The notes under the pieces are model-generated. The model worked only from the letters and a program-made list of their open reading frames with translations, was not told where the DNA came from and made no database searches. A stretch of 36,728 nucleotides of DNA from Planctomycetota bacterium (lineage in GTDB: Bacteria > Planctomycetota > PLA2 > JAEUHO01), in contig JAQBWE010000003.1 of assembly GCA_027625315.1 (NCBI GenBank), positions 1 through 36,728 on the forward strand, written 5' to 3'. The translations under genes were made by a program, and so were the position numbers. Shown piece after piece: positions 26,202 through 35,742 of the stretch. How positions within the stretch are numbered: the stretch's first letter is position 1; every line of letters begins with the position of its first letter.

Positions 26202-26252
26202 CGCGATCGCCGCCGCCCGTCTGAAGGGCCGCGGAACCTGACGGTCGTCACA

Positions 26253-27917
26253 CTAGCGGATCACGCCGTAGGTCGTGAGGGTGCCGAGCGACGCGCTGCC
26301 GGAGCCGAAGTAGAAGTTGGCGGCATCCAGGGTGCCGCTGACCTGGACGAACATGTCCGGACGACCTAGGGCGTTGGGGAACAGGACCACGTTGCCCAGG
26401 GTCCGCCCCGGGACTGCCGCAAACTGCGTGGAGCCCGCCGCGAAGTTGGGCGTAAAGAGCGAGCCTGTGACGAGGTTGCTAGGCAAGCCGAGCAAGTACA
26501 GCTGACCTGGGATCGCCGGGCTCTGGAACAAGTCCCCGAACCCGGTTACGGCCAGCGTGCGTCCATCGGGTGAGAGGGCCACACCCGTAAGGTTGCCTCC
26601 CGGACCACCAGACTGCGCCGCGGCGACGCCGATGCCGTTCAGCGGTCCGCGCAGCACGCCCAACTTCGTGGCGTCGATCGGATCGCTCTGGAGCCCGTCC
26701 AGCCGCAGCAGGTAGATCTCGCCAGTGACGCTCGACGGATAGAACCCGACGAGGTGATTGACGCCATCCCGGCCGATCGCCGGACGGATGCCAGCGAGGC
26801 CGCCGAGCCCGAGGTCGAAACGTCCGAGGTAGGCGCCGTCTGCGGCGCCGTACACCTCGACGTTGCTGACGGTGACCGGCACGAGGTTGAAATTCGAGTC
26901 GTAGCCGGTCGTGCCGGCGCAGGTCACGAGTACGCGATCGCGTGGCAAGCCGCCGGGGACGACCGGCGGCACCGGCAGGACGTGCAGGGCCACGGGGTTG
27001 TAGGCTCGGGTCTGCAGAACCAGCGGGCTGCCCAGGCCACCTCCCGCGAAGCTCATCGGCAACGCGCTGCCGAGTGCAACGTCGAGTACCTGCACCGTCC
27101 CGGGCAGCTTGGTCGCGCCATAGGACGGCGCGCCAAACACGAGATTGCTCATGGCGATGAACAACCGACCGAAGCCCGACGTGGTGTGCGAGAAGGCGAG
27201 GCCCTCTGCGCCGGACTGCATGAACTGGCCACCAAGCACGGGCACGCCGAGAGAGTCAAAGAGCGGCTGCGTGCCGAGATAGGTCGTGGCGAGATTGAGC
27301 ACCTGGAGAATGGCGCCGGTGGTGGGGTCAAACGCCACGACGTTCGAGAGAGTCGGCGCGGTGTCTGAGCCGCCCGCGTTCACGACGGCGAAGCCCAGTC
27401 GGGCCGTCACGATGTGAATGTCGTTGACGAAGAAGCCGAACCCCACGGGGGCGTTCGCGTCGCCGGGCTGGCCGGCGCTGTCGCGGAGGTCACTCGCACG
27501 AATCGTGACCGTGGAGTAGATCACTGAGGGGGTCGGAGCCGCACCGGAGACATCGAACGGGAGAATCCGGGCGCCGATCCCCTCGACCGCGTCAGCGTCC
27601 GTGGCGAAGAGCGTGTCGCCAAAACGCACGAGGTCACTCGGGAAGGACCCGAAGAGCGCCGTGCGCCCGTAGACCACGGCATCCGGTCTCCACACCGGGG
27701 CCACAGGCGCGGTGGGGGGCGGCGTGGTGGTGCCGCCGCCGCCGGACGGCGGAGTGGGCAGTGGGAAGGTTTCGTCGAAGGGCGCGGACTCGGGGGCTGA
27801 GCCGCCGCAGGCGCCAAGGAAGCACGCGACCAGGGCGAGCATGAGGGCGGCGGGCCACGCAGGGCGCCACGACCGCACGACGCCGCGCAGGGGCGCGGCG
27901 GGCAGAAGCTTGAACAT
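26253..27917 (-). CDS. Uncharacterised lipoprotein (beta-rich, probable propeller) under cobalamin riboswitch control
   Basis: ATG 27917 with GGAGAG RBS; lipobox FLGA-C; Pro/Gly/Thr linker; strand-rich repeats (GVALSPDGRTLAV). Confidence 0.8.
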   Translation of the reverse strand: MFKLLPAAPLRGVVRSWRPAWPAALMLALVACFLGACGGSAPESAPFDETFPLPTPPSGGGGTTTPPPTAPVAPVWRPDAVVYGRTALFGSFPSDLVRFGDTLFATDADAVEGIGARILPFDVSGAAPTPSVIYSTVTIRASDLRDSAGQPGDANAPVGFGFFVNDIHIVTARLGFAVVNAGGSDTAPTLSNVVAFDPTTGAILQVLNLATTYLGTQPLFDSLGVPVLGGQFMQSGAEGLAFSHTTSGFGRLFIAMSNLVFGAPSYGATKLPGTVQVLDVALGSALPMSFAGGGLGSPLVLQTRAYNPVALHVLPVPPVVPGGLPRDRVLVTCAGTTGYDSNFNLVPVTVSNVEVYGAADGAYLGRFDLGLGGLAGIRPAIGRDGVNHLVGFYPSSVTGEIYLLRLDGLQSDPIDATKLGVLRGPLNGIGVAAAQSGGPGGNLTGVALSPDGRTLAVTGFGDLFQSPAIPGQLYLLGLPSNLVTGSLFTPNFAAGSTQFAAVPGRTLGNVVLFPNALGRPDMFVQVSGTLDAANFYFGSGSASLGTLTTYGVIR

Positions 27918-28020
27918 CAGGGGTCTCTCCACCGGCGGAGACGCGTTGCGACCAGGGCTCGCACGCCGCGCCACTCGATCCGGAGTGGTTGCGGATCTCC
28001 CACGGGAGATCCAAGCCGCG

Positions 28021-28250
28021 ACCCCGGAGCCGGTCTTCTGGCTTCCGGATCAACCTCCCGTCGCGCCTTCCCACATCCCGCACCCGTCAGGGTTTGGTAC
28101 GCAGTGGCATGGCTCGCAGCGCATGAGCGCGCAGCGGCACGGTGCGACGATTGTCCCCGGTCACAGCGGCGGTCCCGCGGGGGTTTCTCACCCCTCTTCC
28201 TTCCGTTGCCGCCGCGCACAAGCGCGACGGATCCGGACGTGACTCCCGGG
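28021..28250 (-). ncRNA. Cobalamin (B12) riboswitch
   Basis: Minus strand shows the conserved blocks in order: AAGGAAGAGGGGTGAGAAACCCC, CCGCCGCTGTGA, GCCACTG, GGGAAGG and the B12 box CCGGAAGCCAGAAGACCGGC. A P1-like pairing CCCGGGAGTC/GGCTCCGGG closes it; boundaries are approximate. Confidence 0.9.
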
Positions 28251-28283
28251 TCGTGTGGTGGGGATAAAGAGCAAACCAAAGCG

Positions 28284-28359
28284 TGGTGGAGCTGAGGGGA
28301 GTCGAACCCCTTACCTCCTGAATGCCATTCAGGCGCTCTACCAGGTGAGCTACAGCCCC
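28284..28359 (-). tRNA. tRNA-Ala (anticodon GGC)
   Basis: GGGGCTGTAGCTCACCTGGTAGAGCGCCTGAATGGCATTCAGGAGGTAAGGGGTTCGACTCCCCTCAGCTCCACCA: 76 nt, G3:U70 pair, encoded CCA. Confidence 0.98.
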
Positions 28360-28377
28360 GCGCTTCGGTCGGCGCGG

Positions 28378-28406
28378 ATTGTGGCCGATATGCGGCACGC
28401 GACCAA
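28378..28406 (-). promoter_or_regulatory. Sigma70-type promoter of tRNA-Ala
   Basis: TTGGTC-N17-CACAAT followed by a GC-rich discriminator, 18 nt upstream of the mature tRNA. Confidence 0.6.
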
Positions 28407-28590
28407 GCACGGGCGCGAGGGAAATCGCGGACCGAACCGACGGCAGTCGCTGGCGACCATGTGCGCCTGAGTGCGGTCGTTGAGGGGAAAACCCCCAAGA
28501 TGTAGGGGCCCTCCGCGGTACACTGAGCGCAGCAGGGACGGTCGTGCCCTGCCCGTAGAGTGGTTCACGGACCACAGGAGCAGGAACATC

Positions 28591-29421
28591 ATGGTCGGCA
28601 GCGCCGGGGAGTCGAGGCCCCCCGAACCCACAAGTCGCTTCGACGCGCCGGTCGACGCTGAGCGCGTCGCCGAGTCGCGCTTTGGCGACCGCATTGCTGT
28701 TCGCGGAGAGGCCAGCCGCGGAGAGGCCAGCCGCGGAGAAGCTCTGCGCACTGGTGACGCCATGCCGCGCGAGTTGGGCGAGCGCATCCAGGGCGGCTTC
28801 CAGGATATGTCGCGCCTCCTCGGCGCCATCAAGGAGACGCTGCAGGGCCGCGACGGCCAAGTGCAGCAGACACTGCAACACCTGCCGAGCTTCCTGCAGC
28901 AGGTGCCCCGGATTCACCGCGCCGAGATCGAGTGCCTCGCGCAGATCAGCAAGCAACTTGAGCACATGGGCAGCGGCACGCGCGACGTGGTCGCTCGGCT
29001 GGAAGGCTTGCCGGATCTCATCCGCACCCTCGCCGTCGGGCAAGCCGAGCAGGCCCAGTTCCTCGACACGCTGCAGGGCCGCTTGGCCGACTCACTTGAA
29101 ACCCAGTCGACCGCCATCCGCCAAGGGCTCGAGCAGTCGCGCAAGGCGGGTGAAGCGCAGCTCAAGATGATCCAGGGGCTGGCCTCGACCCAGGAAGACA
29201 TCTTCTCGACGTTCCAGAACACGCAGAACCGCGCGCTCAACGTGTTTCACCGCGCGCAGCAGCAGACGAATGCTCAGCACCGCGACACGCAGTCGATCAT
29301 GAACAAGCAGATCGAGATGCTTGTGGACCGCGTGCACTCAGCGCAGTCGAAGGTGTTCTGGCTCTCCATCGGCTTCGCCGCCATCGCGGCTGCGGGGCTG
29401 ATCACGATGCTGTTTATCTAG
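28591..29421 (+). CDS. Gln-rich coiled-coil protein with a single C-terminal transmembrane anchor
   Basis: AGGAG RBS; heptad-like Q/L-rich body; terminal VFWLSIGFAAIAAAGLITMLFI. Confidence 0.8.
   Translation: MVGSAGESRPPEPTSRFDAPVDAERVAESRFGDRIAVRGEASRGEASRGEALRTGDAMPRELGERIQGGFQDMSRLLGAIKETLQGRDGQVQQTLQHLPSFLQQVPRIHRAEIECLAQISKQLEHMGSGTRDVVARLEGLPDLIRTLAVGQAEQAQFLDTLQGRLADSLETQSTAIRQGLEQSRKAGEAQLKMIQGLASTQEDIFSTFQNTQNRALNVFHRAQQQTNAQHRDTQSIMNKQIEMLVDRVHSAQSKVFWLSIGFAAIAAAGLITMLFI
28702..28739 (+). repeat. In-frame 15-bp tandem repeat (RGEAS x2.5)
   Basis: CGCGGAGAGGCCAGC twice plus CGCGGAGA. Confidence 0.9.
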
Positions 29422-29447
29422 CCTGCTGTTTATCTAGCCTGCTGTTT
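29408..29447 (+). repeat. 16-bp tandem repeat (2.5 copies) spanning a stop codon
   Basis: TGCTGTTTATCTAGCC at 29408-29423 and 29424-29439 plus TGCTGTTT. Confidence 0.92.
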
Positions 29448-29531
29448 GCCCAAGCGGTTGTTCAACTAGGCGGGCACTGCCCAGTGCTAGGCGCCGCCCA
29501 GCCGAGTCGCACCGGAACGCGGTGATCACGC

Positions 29532-31028
29532 CTACGGGGCTGGCGGGAACGAGCCGTAGTTGGCGCCGACGACCAGCGGCACGACGGCGATCGGCACGCC
29601 CTGAATCCCCGGCGTGCCGAGATCAAGATCCAGCTGCGCGAAGTTGCCACCGTTGTCGTACGCCCAGGTCGTCATCATCGGGCCAGAGGCCGTAGCGAGG
29701 AACACGAGCATCCGATCGCCAACGGCGAGAAACGAGATGCCATACACATCCGTGGCGCCCTGCGCGATGCCGCCGATGTCGTCAGAGACGGCCACGGCAG
29801 TCGTACTCGTGAAGCCGTCACTGCGCGCCCGTCGCTGCAGGGCGTCGAGGCCCGCGAAGCCGGTCAGGGCGTGCAGCACGATGGCTCCGTCCGGAGCGCG
29901 TACGAGGGCCGCCGTGCTACCCACGACCGTGCCCACCGACGTCGCGGCGGGACCGTTGCCTTGGGCGATCGCCGCGTCGGTGTTGCCCGGATCGGCGACG
30001 ACGGAGATGTTGTTGGCCACGGTCGTCGGGCCGCCACCGGCCGGGAGCGGAATGCCCTGCACACCGGCGGTCAGCGCATCGTGGTCAATTTCTACAAACG
30101 TGCGCGGATCGAGCGCAGCCAGCATGCCAGTGGCGCCATCCGCAGCGCTCACGACCAGCTGCGGCGGGATGCGCTGCTCGCCAATGCCGAGCCCTGTGGG
30201 CATCGTGGCCGCATCAGCTGGCACGGACTCCAACTCCAGCACGGCCGTCTCGGTCGCAGTCACGGTATCGATGGAGTAAACGCGCACGCGGCCGGAGGCG
30301 TCATCGCGGTAGGCCACATAGACCGCGCCACCCAGCGGATCCACGCTGATCGTCGAGCTTGTCGCTAGCAGGTCGCCGCCGGACGTGGTCAGGGCGATGG
30401 GCGTCATCACCCCGTCGCCAGGCTCGAAGTAAGCGAGGGCCTCACCCGTCCCGCCGCCGTCCTCCAATTGCACCCAGATGCGCCGGACACCATCGACAGT
30501 CGTGGCGAGGACGCCCACGGGCCGACGAGCGGCCGGGGTCGGCACGGTCTGGACGGCGAGCCCCGTCGTGGTCCTCAGGAGCGACACCGTTGCGAGCCCG
30601 GCCACGGGTAGGGGTGGCTCCCTCCCAGTGTTGAAGCCGGTGATGTACTTCCCTGAGGCGTAGTGTCGATCCTGGTTGATCGCCAGCCCCTGGATCACCG
30701 TGATGCTCATCTCCGCATTCTCAGGGAAGGCCGTGCGGGCCACGGGGAACACGTAGATGTTGTTCGCCTCATCCGGATGCTGGAGCACCGTCACCGCGAT
30801 GAAGCCGCCGTTGACGGTGACCAGTACGTCGTTCGGGTTCAGGACCGTCACGGGCTCGTTGTAGGTGACGCGTATGAACGGCAGGGGACCGTCGGTCGTC
30901 TCCCATGTCGTCGGCCAGGTCGAAACCACGAACGGTCGATTCTGATCGCTGAGGCCGCAGCCGGCGGTAAGTCCCGCGAGGAACAGAGCGGCGAGAGCAG
31001 CGAGCACGCGGGGGGGAAGAAGGCACAT
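29532..31028 (-). CDS. Lipoprotein with N-terminal bacterial Ig-like domain and a beta-rich C-terminal region
   Basis: Lipobox LTAG-C; PFVVSTWP...IRVTYNEPV...FNTG resembles Big_5/SbsA Ig domains. Confidence 0.75.
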   Translation of the reverse strand: MCLLPPRVLAALAALFLAGLTAGCGLSDQNRPFVVSTWPTTWETTDGPLPFIRVTYNEPVTVLNPNDVLVTVNGGFIAVTVLQHPDEANNIYVFPVARTAFPENAEMSITVIQGLAINQDRHYASGKYITGFNTGREPPLPVAGLATVSLLRTTTGLAVQTVPTPAARRPVGVLATTVDGVRRIWVQLEDGGGTGEALAYFEPGDGVMTPIALTTSGGDLLATSSTISVDPLGGAVYVAYRDDASGRVRVYSIDTVTATETAVLELESVPADAATMPTGLGIGEQRIPPQLVVSAADGATGMLAALDPRTFVEIDHDALTAGVQGIPLPAGGGPTTVANNISVVADPGNTDAAIAQGNGPAATSVGTVVGSTAALVRAPDGAIVLHALTGFAGLDALQRRARSDGFTSTTAVAVSDDIGGIAQGATDVYGISFLAVGDRMLVFLATASGPMMTTWAYDNGGNFAQLDLDLGTPGIQGVPIAVVPLVVGANYGSFPPAP

Positions 31029-31160
31029 GCGCGCACGATACCCACCCGCGGGGGCCTCTCCAAAGCGGGCGCTCGGGTCGATCCGGCTGACCGTCCGCGG
31101 GTGCTACCGGATGGCGCCGAGCCCTGCGATGATGCGCGCCGCGCTCCGGGAGAACACCGC

Positions 31161-32360
31161 ATGCCCGCTACAGGCAACTCCGCCACCTCGCTGCCCTCCA
31201 CCCGAATCGCGGCCCGCTGCCGCCGGATGGGGACCGAAGCGGCGTTTCGGGTGTTTGCCCGCGCGAAGACCCTGGAGGCCGCGGGCCGCGACATCATCCA
31301 CTTGGAGATGGGGGAGCCCGACTTTCCGACCCCGAGCTTCATTCGTGCGGCCTGTGAAGCGGCGCTGGCGGCCGGACACACAGGCTACGCTCCGGCAGCG
31401 GGGCTGCCGGCGCTGCGGACCGCTGTGGCGAGCTACGTCGCCCGGACGCGCGGCATCCACGTCGAACCCGCGCAGGTCGTGATCACGCCCGGGGCGAAGG
31501 CCGTCATCTTCTTCACCTACATGGCACTGCTGGAGCCGGGGGACGAGGTGATCGTGCCCGATCCCGGGTTCCCGATCTTCGAGTCCATGGCGGATGCGCT
31601 CGGCGCGGTGCGGGTGCCTTGGCACCCGGGCTCGGGCACGCAGACGCGACCCGACCTCGACCGCCTGGATTCGCTCATGGGGCCCAAGACGAAGCTGCTT
31701 GTCTTGAACAGTCCGGGCAATCCGACGGGCATCGTGTACACGCTGCCCGAGATCGCGCGGATTGCCGAGCTGTGCGTCAAGCACGATGTGCTCGTTCTCT
31801 CCGATGAGATCTACTCGCGCATCCTGTTCGGCGGCACGCATCACAGCATTGCGGCGCAGCCTGGCATGGCGGAGCGCACGGTGCTGCTCGACGGGTTCTC
31901 GAAGTCTTGGAGCATGACGGGCTGGCGACTCGGTTATGCCGTGGCGCCGCTGGACATCGCAGCGGCCTTCGAGAAGTTGATGACCAATAGCGCGTCGTGT
32001 GCCGTGCACTTCGTCCAGCACGCAGCGCTCGCCGCTCTGGCCGGGCCCGCGGATGAGGTGGAGCGCATGGTGGCGGCGTTTACGCTGCGACGCGACGCAC
32101 TCGTGGACGGGCTCGCCGCCCTGCCTGGGGTCCGCTGCGACCGCCCGGCTGGCTCGTTCTTCGCCTTCGCCGACATTCGCGAGACGGGATTCGATGCCCG
32201 CTCGCTGGCGGATCGCCTGCTCGAGGAGGCTGGCGTCGCCTGCGTGGAGGGGCCCGCGTTCGGCGCGGGCGGGGCCGGGCATATCCGCTTCTCGTTCGCG
32301 GCCGATGTCGCCCGTATTCGGGCCGCTACAGTGCGCATGGGGGCTCTCCTTCGCAGTTGA
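31161..32360 (+). CDS. PLP-dependent aminotransferase class I/II (aspartate aminotransferase-like)
   Basis: GEPDF, NSPGNPTG, SDEIY, GFSKSWSMTGWRLGY; GGAGA RBS before ATG 31161. Confidence 0.95.
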   Translation: MPATGNSATSLPSTRIAARCRRMGTEAAFRVFARAKTLEAAGRDIIHLEMGEPDFPTPSFIRAACEAALAAGHTGYAPAAGLPALRTAVASYVARTRGIHVEPAQVVITPGAKAVIFFTYMALLEPGDEVIVPDPGFPIFESMADALGAVRVPWHPGSGTQTRPDLDRLDSLMGPKTKLLVLNSPGNPTGIVYTLPEIARIAELCVKHDVLVLSDEIYSRILFGGTHHSIAAQPGMAERTVLLDGFSKSWSMTGWRLGYAVAPLDIAAAFEKLMTNSASCAVHFVQHAALAALAGPADEVERMVAAFTLRRDALVDGLAALPGVRCDRPAGSFFAFADIRETGFDARSLADRLLEEAGVACVEGPAFGAGGAGHIRFSFAADVARIRAATVRMGALLRS

Positions 32361-32499
32361 GCCCCGCGGAAGAGGCCAGCCCCTGCCAGGGATGCTATCC
32401 CTGGATGGCGCCAGAGCCCGCAACCGACCGGGGTCTGGCAGGTATGGGGGAGACCGGCCACGTGCCGGCCGTGTCCTCCGCGAGCCCTCAGGAGATTCC

Positions 32500-34659
32500 A
32501 TGCATCACCCCGTACGCCGTCCGCTTCGCCACGTGGCCCGCCTGAGCGCCTTGGCGCTCCTGGCCGCGCTTCTCTTCGCTCTCCCGAAGGGCTACAGCGA
32601 GCCGCGCAACGGCTGGCGCCTCGAAGCGCGCGTTCCGGCCACCACGCTGGGCCTCGTGACGCTCGAGGACGTCGGAGGCATGAGCGCGCGTATGCAGAAC
32701 ACTGCACTCGGCGGCTTGTTCCAGGAGCCGGAGATGAAGGCGTTCATGGCGCCCATCGAAGCGGCCGGCCAGGACATGCTCGACGCCGGCGAGGAAGGCC
32801 CGTTTGGCGAGGCGGGCCCGATGCTCGTTCGCGTGCTAAAGCAACTCGAAGGACTGCGCGGGCAGATCGCCGTCGCCGTCGTCGACATGGACATGGAGAG
32901 CGAGAAGCCCCGCCTCGTGGCGAGCCTCGACTTCGGCCCGCACATCAAGGACTTCGTCACCTTCGTTCAGACGCTGCGCGCGGAGCTCGACCCGGAGGGT
33001 GAAAACATCCAGGAGTTCGAGCGCGACGGCCGTCTGTACTGGTCGGTCGACGAGGGCATGCCCGTCATCGCCACGACGGCCGACACCGCGTTCGTCCTGG
33101 CCACGGATGAGGGCCTGCTCGCGAGCGTGCTCGCCGGCACCGTCGAGAAGCCCCTCTCTACGAGCGACGGCTTCCGGGCCGTACGCACCAAGTCCGGGGG
33201 CGAGGATCTCGCGTTCTTTGCCTTCGCGAACATGCCCGCGATTGCCGCGCGCCTTGTCGAGGTCATGGACGACGAGGGCATGCGGATGGCCCGTCATCTG
33301 GGGCTGGACACCATCCATGGCATCGGCTACGGCATGGCGTTCGTCGGCGACGGCTTCATGGACAGTTTCGTTGTCCATGCGCCGGGGGCGGAGCACGGCC
33401 TCGTGCCGCTGGTTTCCATGCCCGCCTTCAAGTCGCAGGCCCTCAAGTTCGTCCCCGAGAAGGCGTTCTACTACGAGGAGGGCTCGGCCGATCTCACCGC
33501 GCTCCTTCCCCGCATGCGCACGCTGATCGAGGGCATCGAGCCCGGCATGTCAGAGCAGTTGGACGAGGGCCTCGCCCACGTGAACGAGGCGATCGGCGTG
33601 GATCTCGAGAAGGAGATCCTGGCAGGTCTCGCCGGGCCGAGTGCTTGGTACATGACCATGCCGGAGAGCGGCGGCTTGTATCCCGAGCTCGCGCTGTTCC
33701 TCAAAGCGAAGGATCCGGCGGCGTACGAGCGTGTGCTCGAGCGTGCGATGGCCGGGCTCGCTGGGATGTTGACGGAGGAGGGCGAGGTCATCGCCAGCAC
33801 GCGCGTCTTGGAGTACCGAGGCCAGCGGCTGCATCTCCTGGATCTCCAAGCCGCGCAGGGCGACGACGTGATTCCGTTCACGCCGACCTGGACTCTGCTC
33901 GACGGCTGGTGGGTGATCACACTCGTCCCGCACGCGATGAAGGAAGTCGTGCTGCGACACGGCAGTCAGACCGGGGGTGGGCTCGCGGCCCAGGAGGACT
34001 TCCAGGCGCTGATGCGCGTCATGCCGGAGACGGCCGGCGCGATGAGCTACCTCGACCTCTAGGCGATCATGAGCCTGATCTACGACACAGCGGTGCCGCT
34101 GCTGCAGACCGCGGTCAAGCCCAACATGCTGCAGGAGCAGATGCCGTTCGCGCTGGACTGGGCGCAGCTGCCCGCCGCGCGGACCGCCCGACCCTACTTC
34201 CGCAGCATGGCCGGCTTCACGACGTGGAACCAGGACGGCATCGCGATCCGTGTGCACGGTCCGCTGCCCTTGCTCGGGGCGATGGCCATCGGCGTCGGCG
34301 TGGGCGCCGCCTACTTCGTCATGGCGGGCTCGCGGGATCCCTTCGACGGCATGGAGATCGAGATGCTCGAGCCCATGGACATGCCGATGGAAGAGGAAGA
34401 CGGCGCCACCCGATTGGCTCGTCTCCAGGCGGAGCAGGTCGGCAGCTACGTCCGCGTGTTCGTGCTGAACAAGAAGCGCATGCCGGTCGATCTGAACGAG
34501 CTGGTCTCAGAGGACATCGCCGCCAGCGTGCCGCGTGACCCTTGGGGTGCGTCGTTCCGACTGCACGTGCTCGACGAGAAGACGCGCGAGTTCCTGATCA
34601 TCTCAGCCGGTCCGGATGGTGAGTTCAACACCGAGGATGACATCGTCAGTGGCGAGTGA
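32500..34659 (+). pseudogene. Large exported protein (DUF3352-like body, TM helix, GspG/pseudopilin-like C-terminal domain) interrupted by one in-frame TAG at 34060-34062
   Basis: AGGAGA RBS and signal peptide at 32500. ORFs ending 34062 and starting 34069 share a frame (SYLDL-TAG-AIMSLIYDT). Tail DPWG...[16 protein letters not shown] is the GspG-like C-terminal motif. Nonsense allele, sequencing error or readthrough cannot be distinguished here. Confidence 0.65.
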
Positions 34660-35707
34660 CTCGAGCTCAGTGGCGGGTGATTCGACGCCGGCGGACTTCC
34701 GTAGCGACACGGTGACGCGGCCGACCGCGGCCATGCGCCGGGCGATGGCTGAGGCCATCGTGGGCGACGACGTGCTGGGGGATGATCCCACTGTCGTACA
34801 GCTCGAGAACGAGGTAGCTGAGCTGCTCGGCAAAGAGGCCGCGTTGTTCGTGCCTTCCGGCTCGCAGGGCAACCAGATCGCCGTGCGGCTGCACACAGGC
34901 CCCGGCGAGGAAGTCGCCGTGGGAGACACGAGCCACACGTACGACTGGGAGATGGCGGGGCTCGCCGGCATTTCCGGCGTACAGGCCCGCCCGCTGCCCG
35001 CACCCGGCGGGCGCGTCGATCCGGAGGCGGCGCGCGTGGCACTCCGCCCCGCCGGGGGGCATCGGCCCGCCTGTCGGCTGCTCACGACAGAGAACACGCA
35101 TAACTTCCACGGCGGCGCCATCGTGCCGCTCGAGCACCTGCGTGCGCTGCGGGGCGTAGCCGACGAGCGCGGCGCCTCAGTGCACCTAGACGGTGCGCGC
35201 CTGTGGAACGCCACGGCCGCCACGGGCGTGCCGCTCGCCAGCTGGGCTGCCACGGCGCACTCGGTGATGGTCTGCCTGTCGAAGGGCCTGGGTGCCCCGA
35301 TCGGCAGCGTGCTGGCCGGCGACGAGTCCTTCATCGCGCGCGCTCGCGACGTGCGCAAGATGCTCGGCGGCGGCATGCGGCAAGTCGGCGTGCTCGCCGC
35401 CCCAGCTCTGATCGCGCTGCGAACCGGGCGTGAGCGACTGGTCGAGGACCATGCGCGTGCCGCGCGGCTGGCCGAGGGCTTTTTGGCCACAGGTGCTGCG
35501 GAGCTGCCCTTCGGCCCGCCCCAGACGAACATCCTGTTTGTTCGTCTACCGGGCCGGGATGCGGCCAAGGTGCAAGCCGCGCTCGCGGAGGCGAACGTCC
35601 TCACCTTCGCCACGGGGCCGGAGGTCCTACGGTTCGTCACACACTACGACGTGGACGACCAGGGCGTGGAACGCGCCATCGCCGCCTTGGCCCGGGCGGT
35701 GCGGTAG
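34649..35707 (+). CDS. ltaE: Low-specificity L-threonine aldolase
   Basis: [55 protein letters not shown]. Start is GTG 34649 or 34670. Confidence 0.95.
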   Translation: MASDSSSVAGDSTPADFRSDTVTRPTAAMRRAMAEAIVGDDVLGDDPTVVQLENEVAELLGKEAALFVPSGSQGNQIAVRLHTGPGEEVAVGDTSHTYDWEMAGLAGISGVQARPLPAPGGRVDPEAARVALRPAGGHRPACRLLTTENTHNFHGGAIVPLEHLRALRGVADERGASVHLDGARLWNATAATGVPLASWAATAHSVMVCLSKGLGAPIGSVLAGDESFIARARDVRKMLGGGMRQVGVLAAPALIALRTGRERLVEDHARAARLAEGFLATGAAELPFGPPQTNILFVRLPGRDAAKVQAALAEANVLTFATGPEVLRFVTHYDVDDQGVERAIAALARAVR

Positions 35708-35742
35708 ACGCGCGCGCGGGTCCCGCGCGTACCCTGGACCGT

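Noticed and set aside
28284-28359. tRNA-anchored genomic island or prophage attachment site
   Set aside because: No integrase and no duplicate of the tRNA 3' end seen in the window; the flank is a riboswitch.
32386-32404. Hairpin CCAGGGAT-GCT-ATCCCTGG after the aminotransferase as an intrinsic terminator
   Set aside because: The 8-bp stem is real but has no U-tract, so its function cannot be supported.
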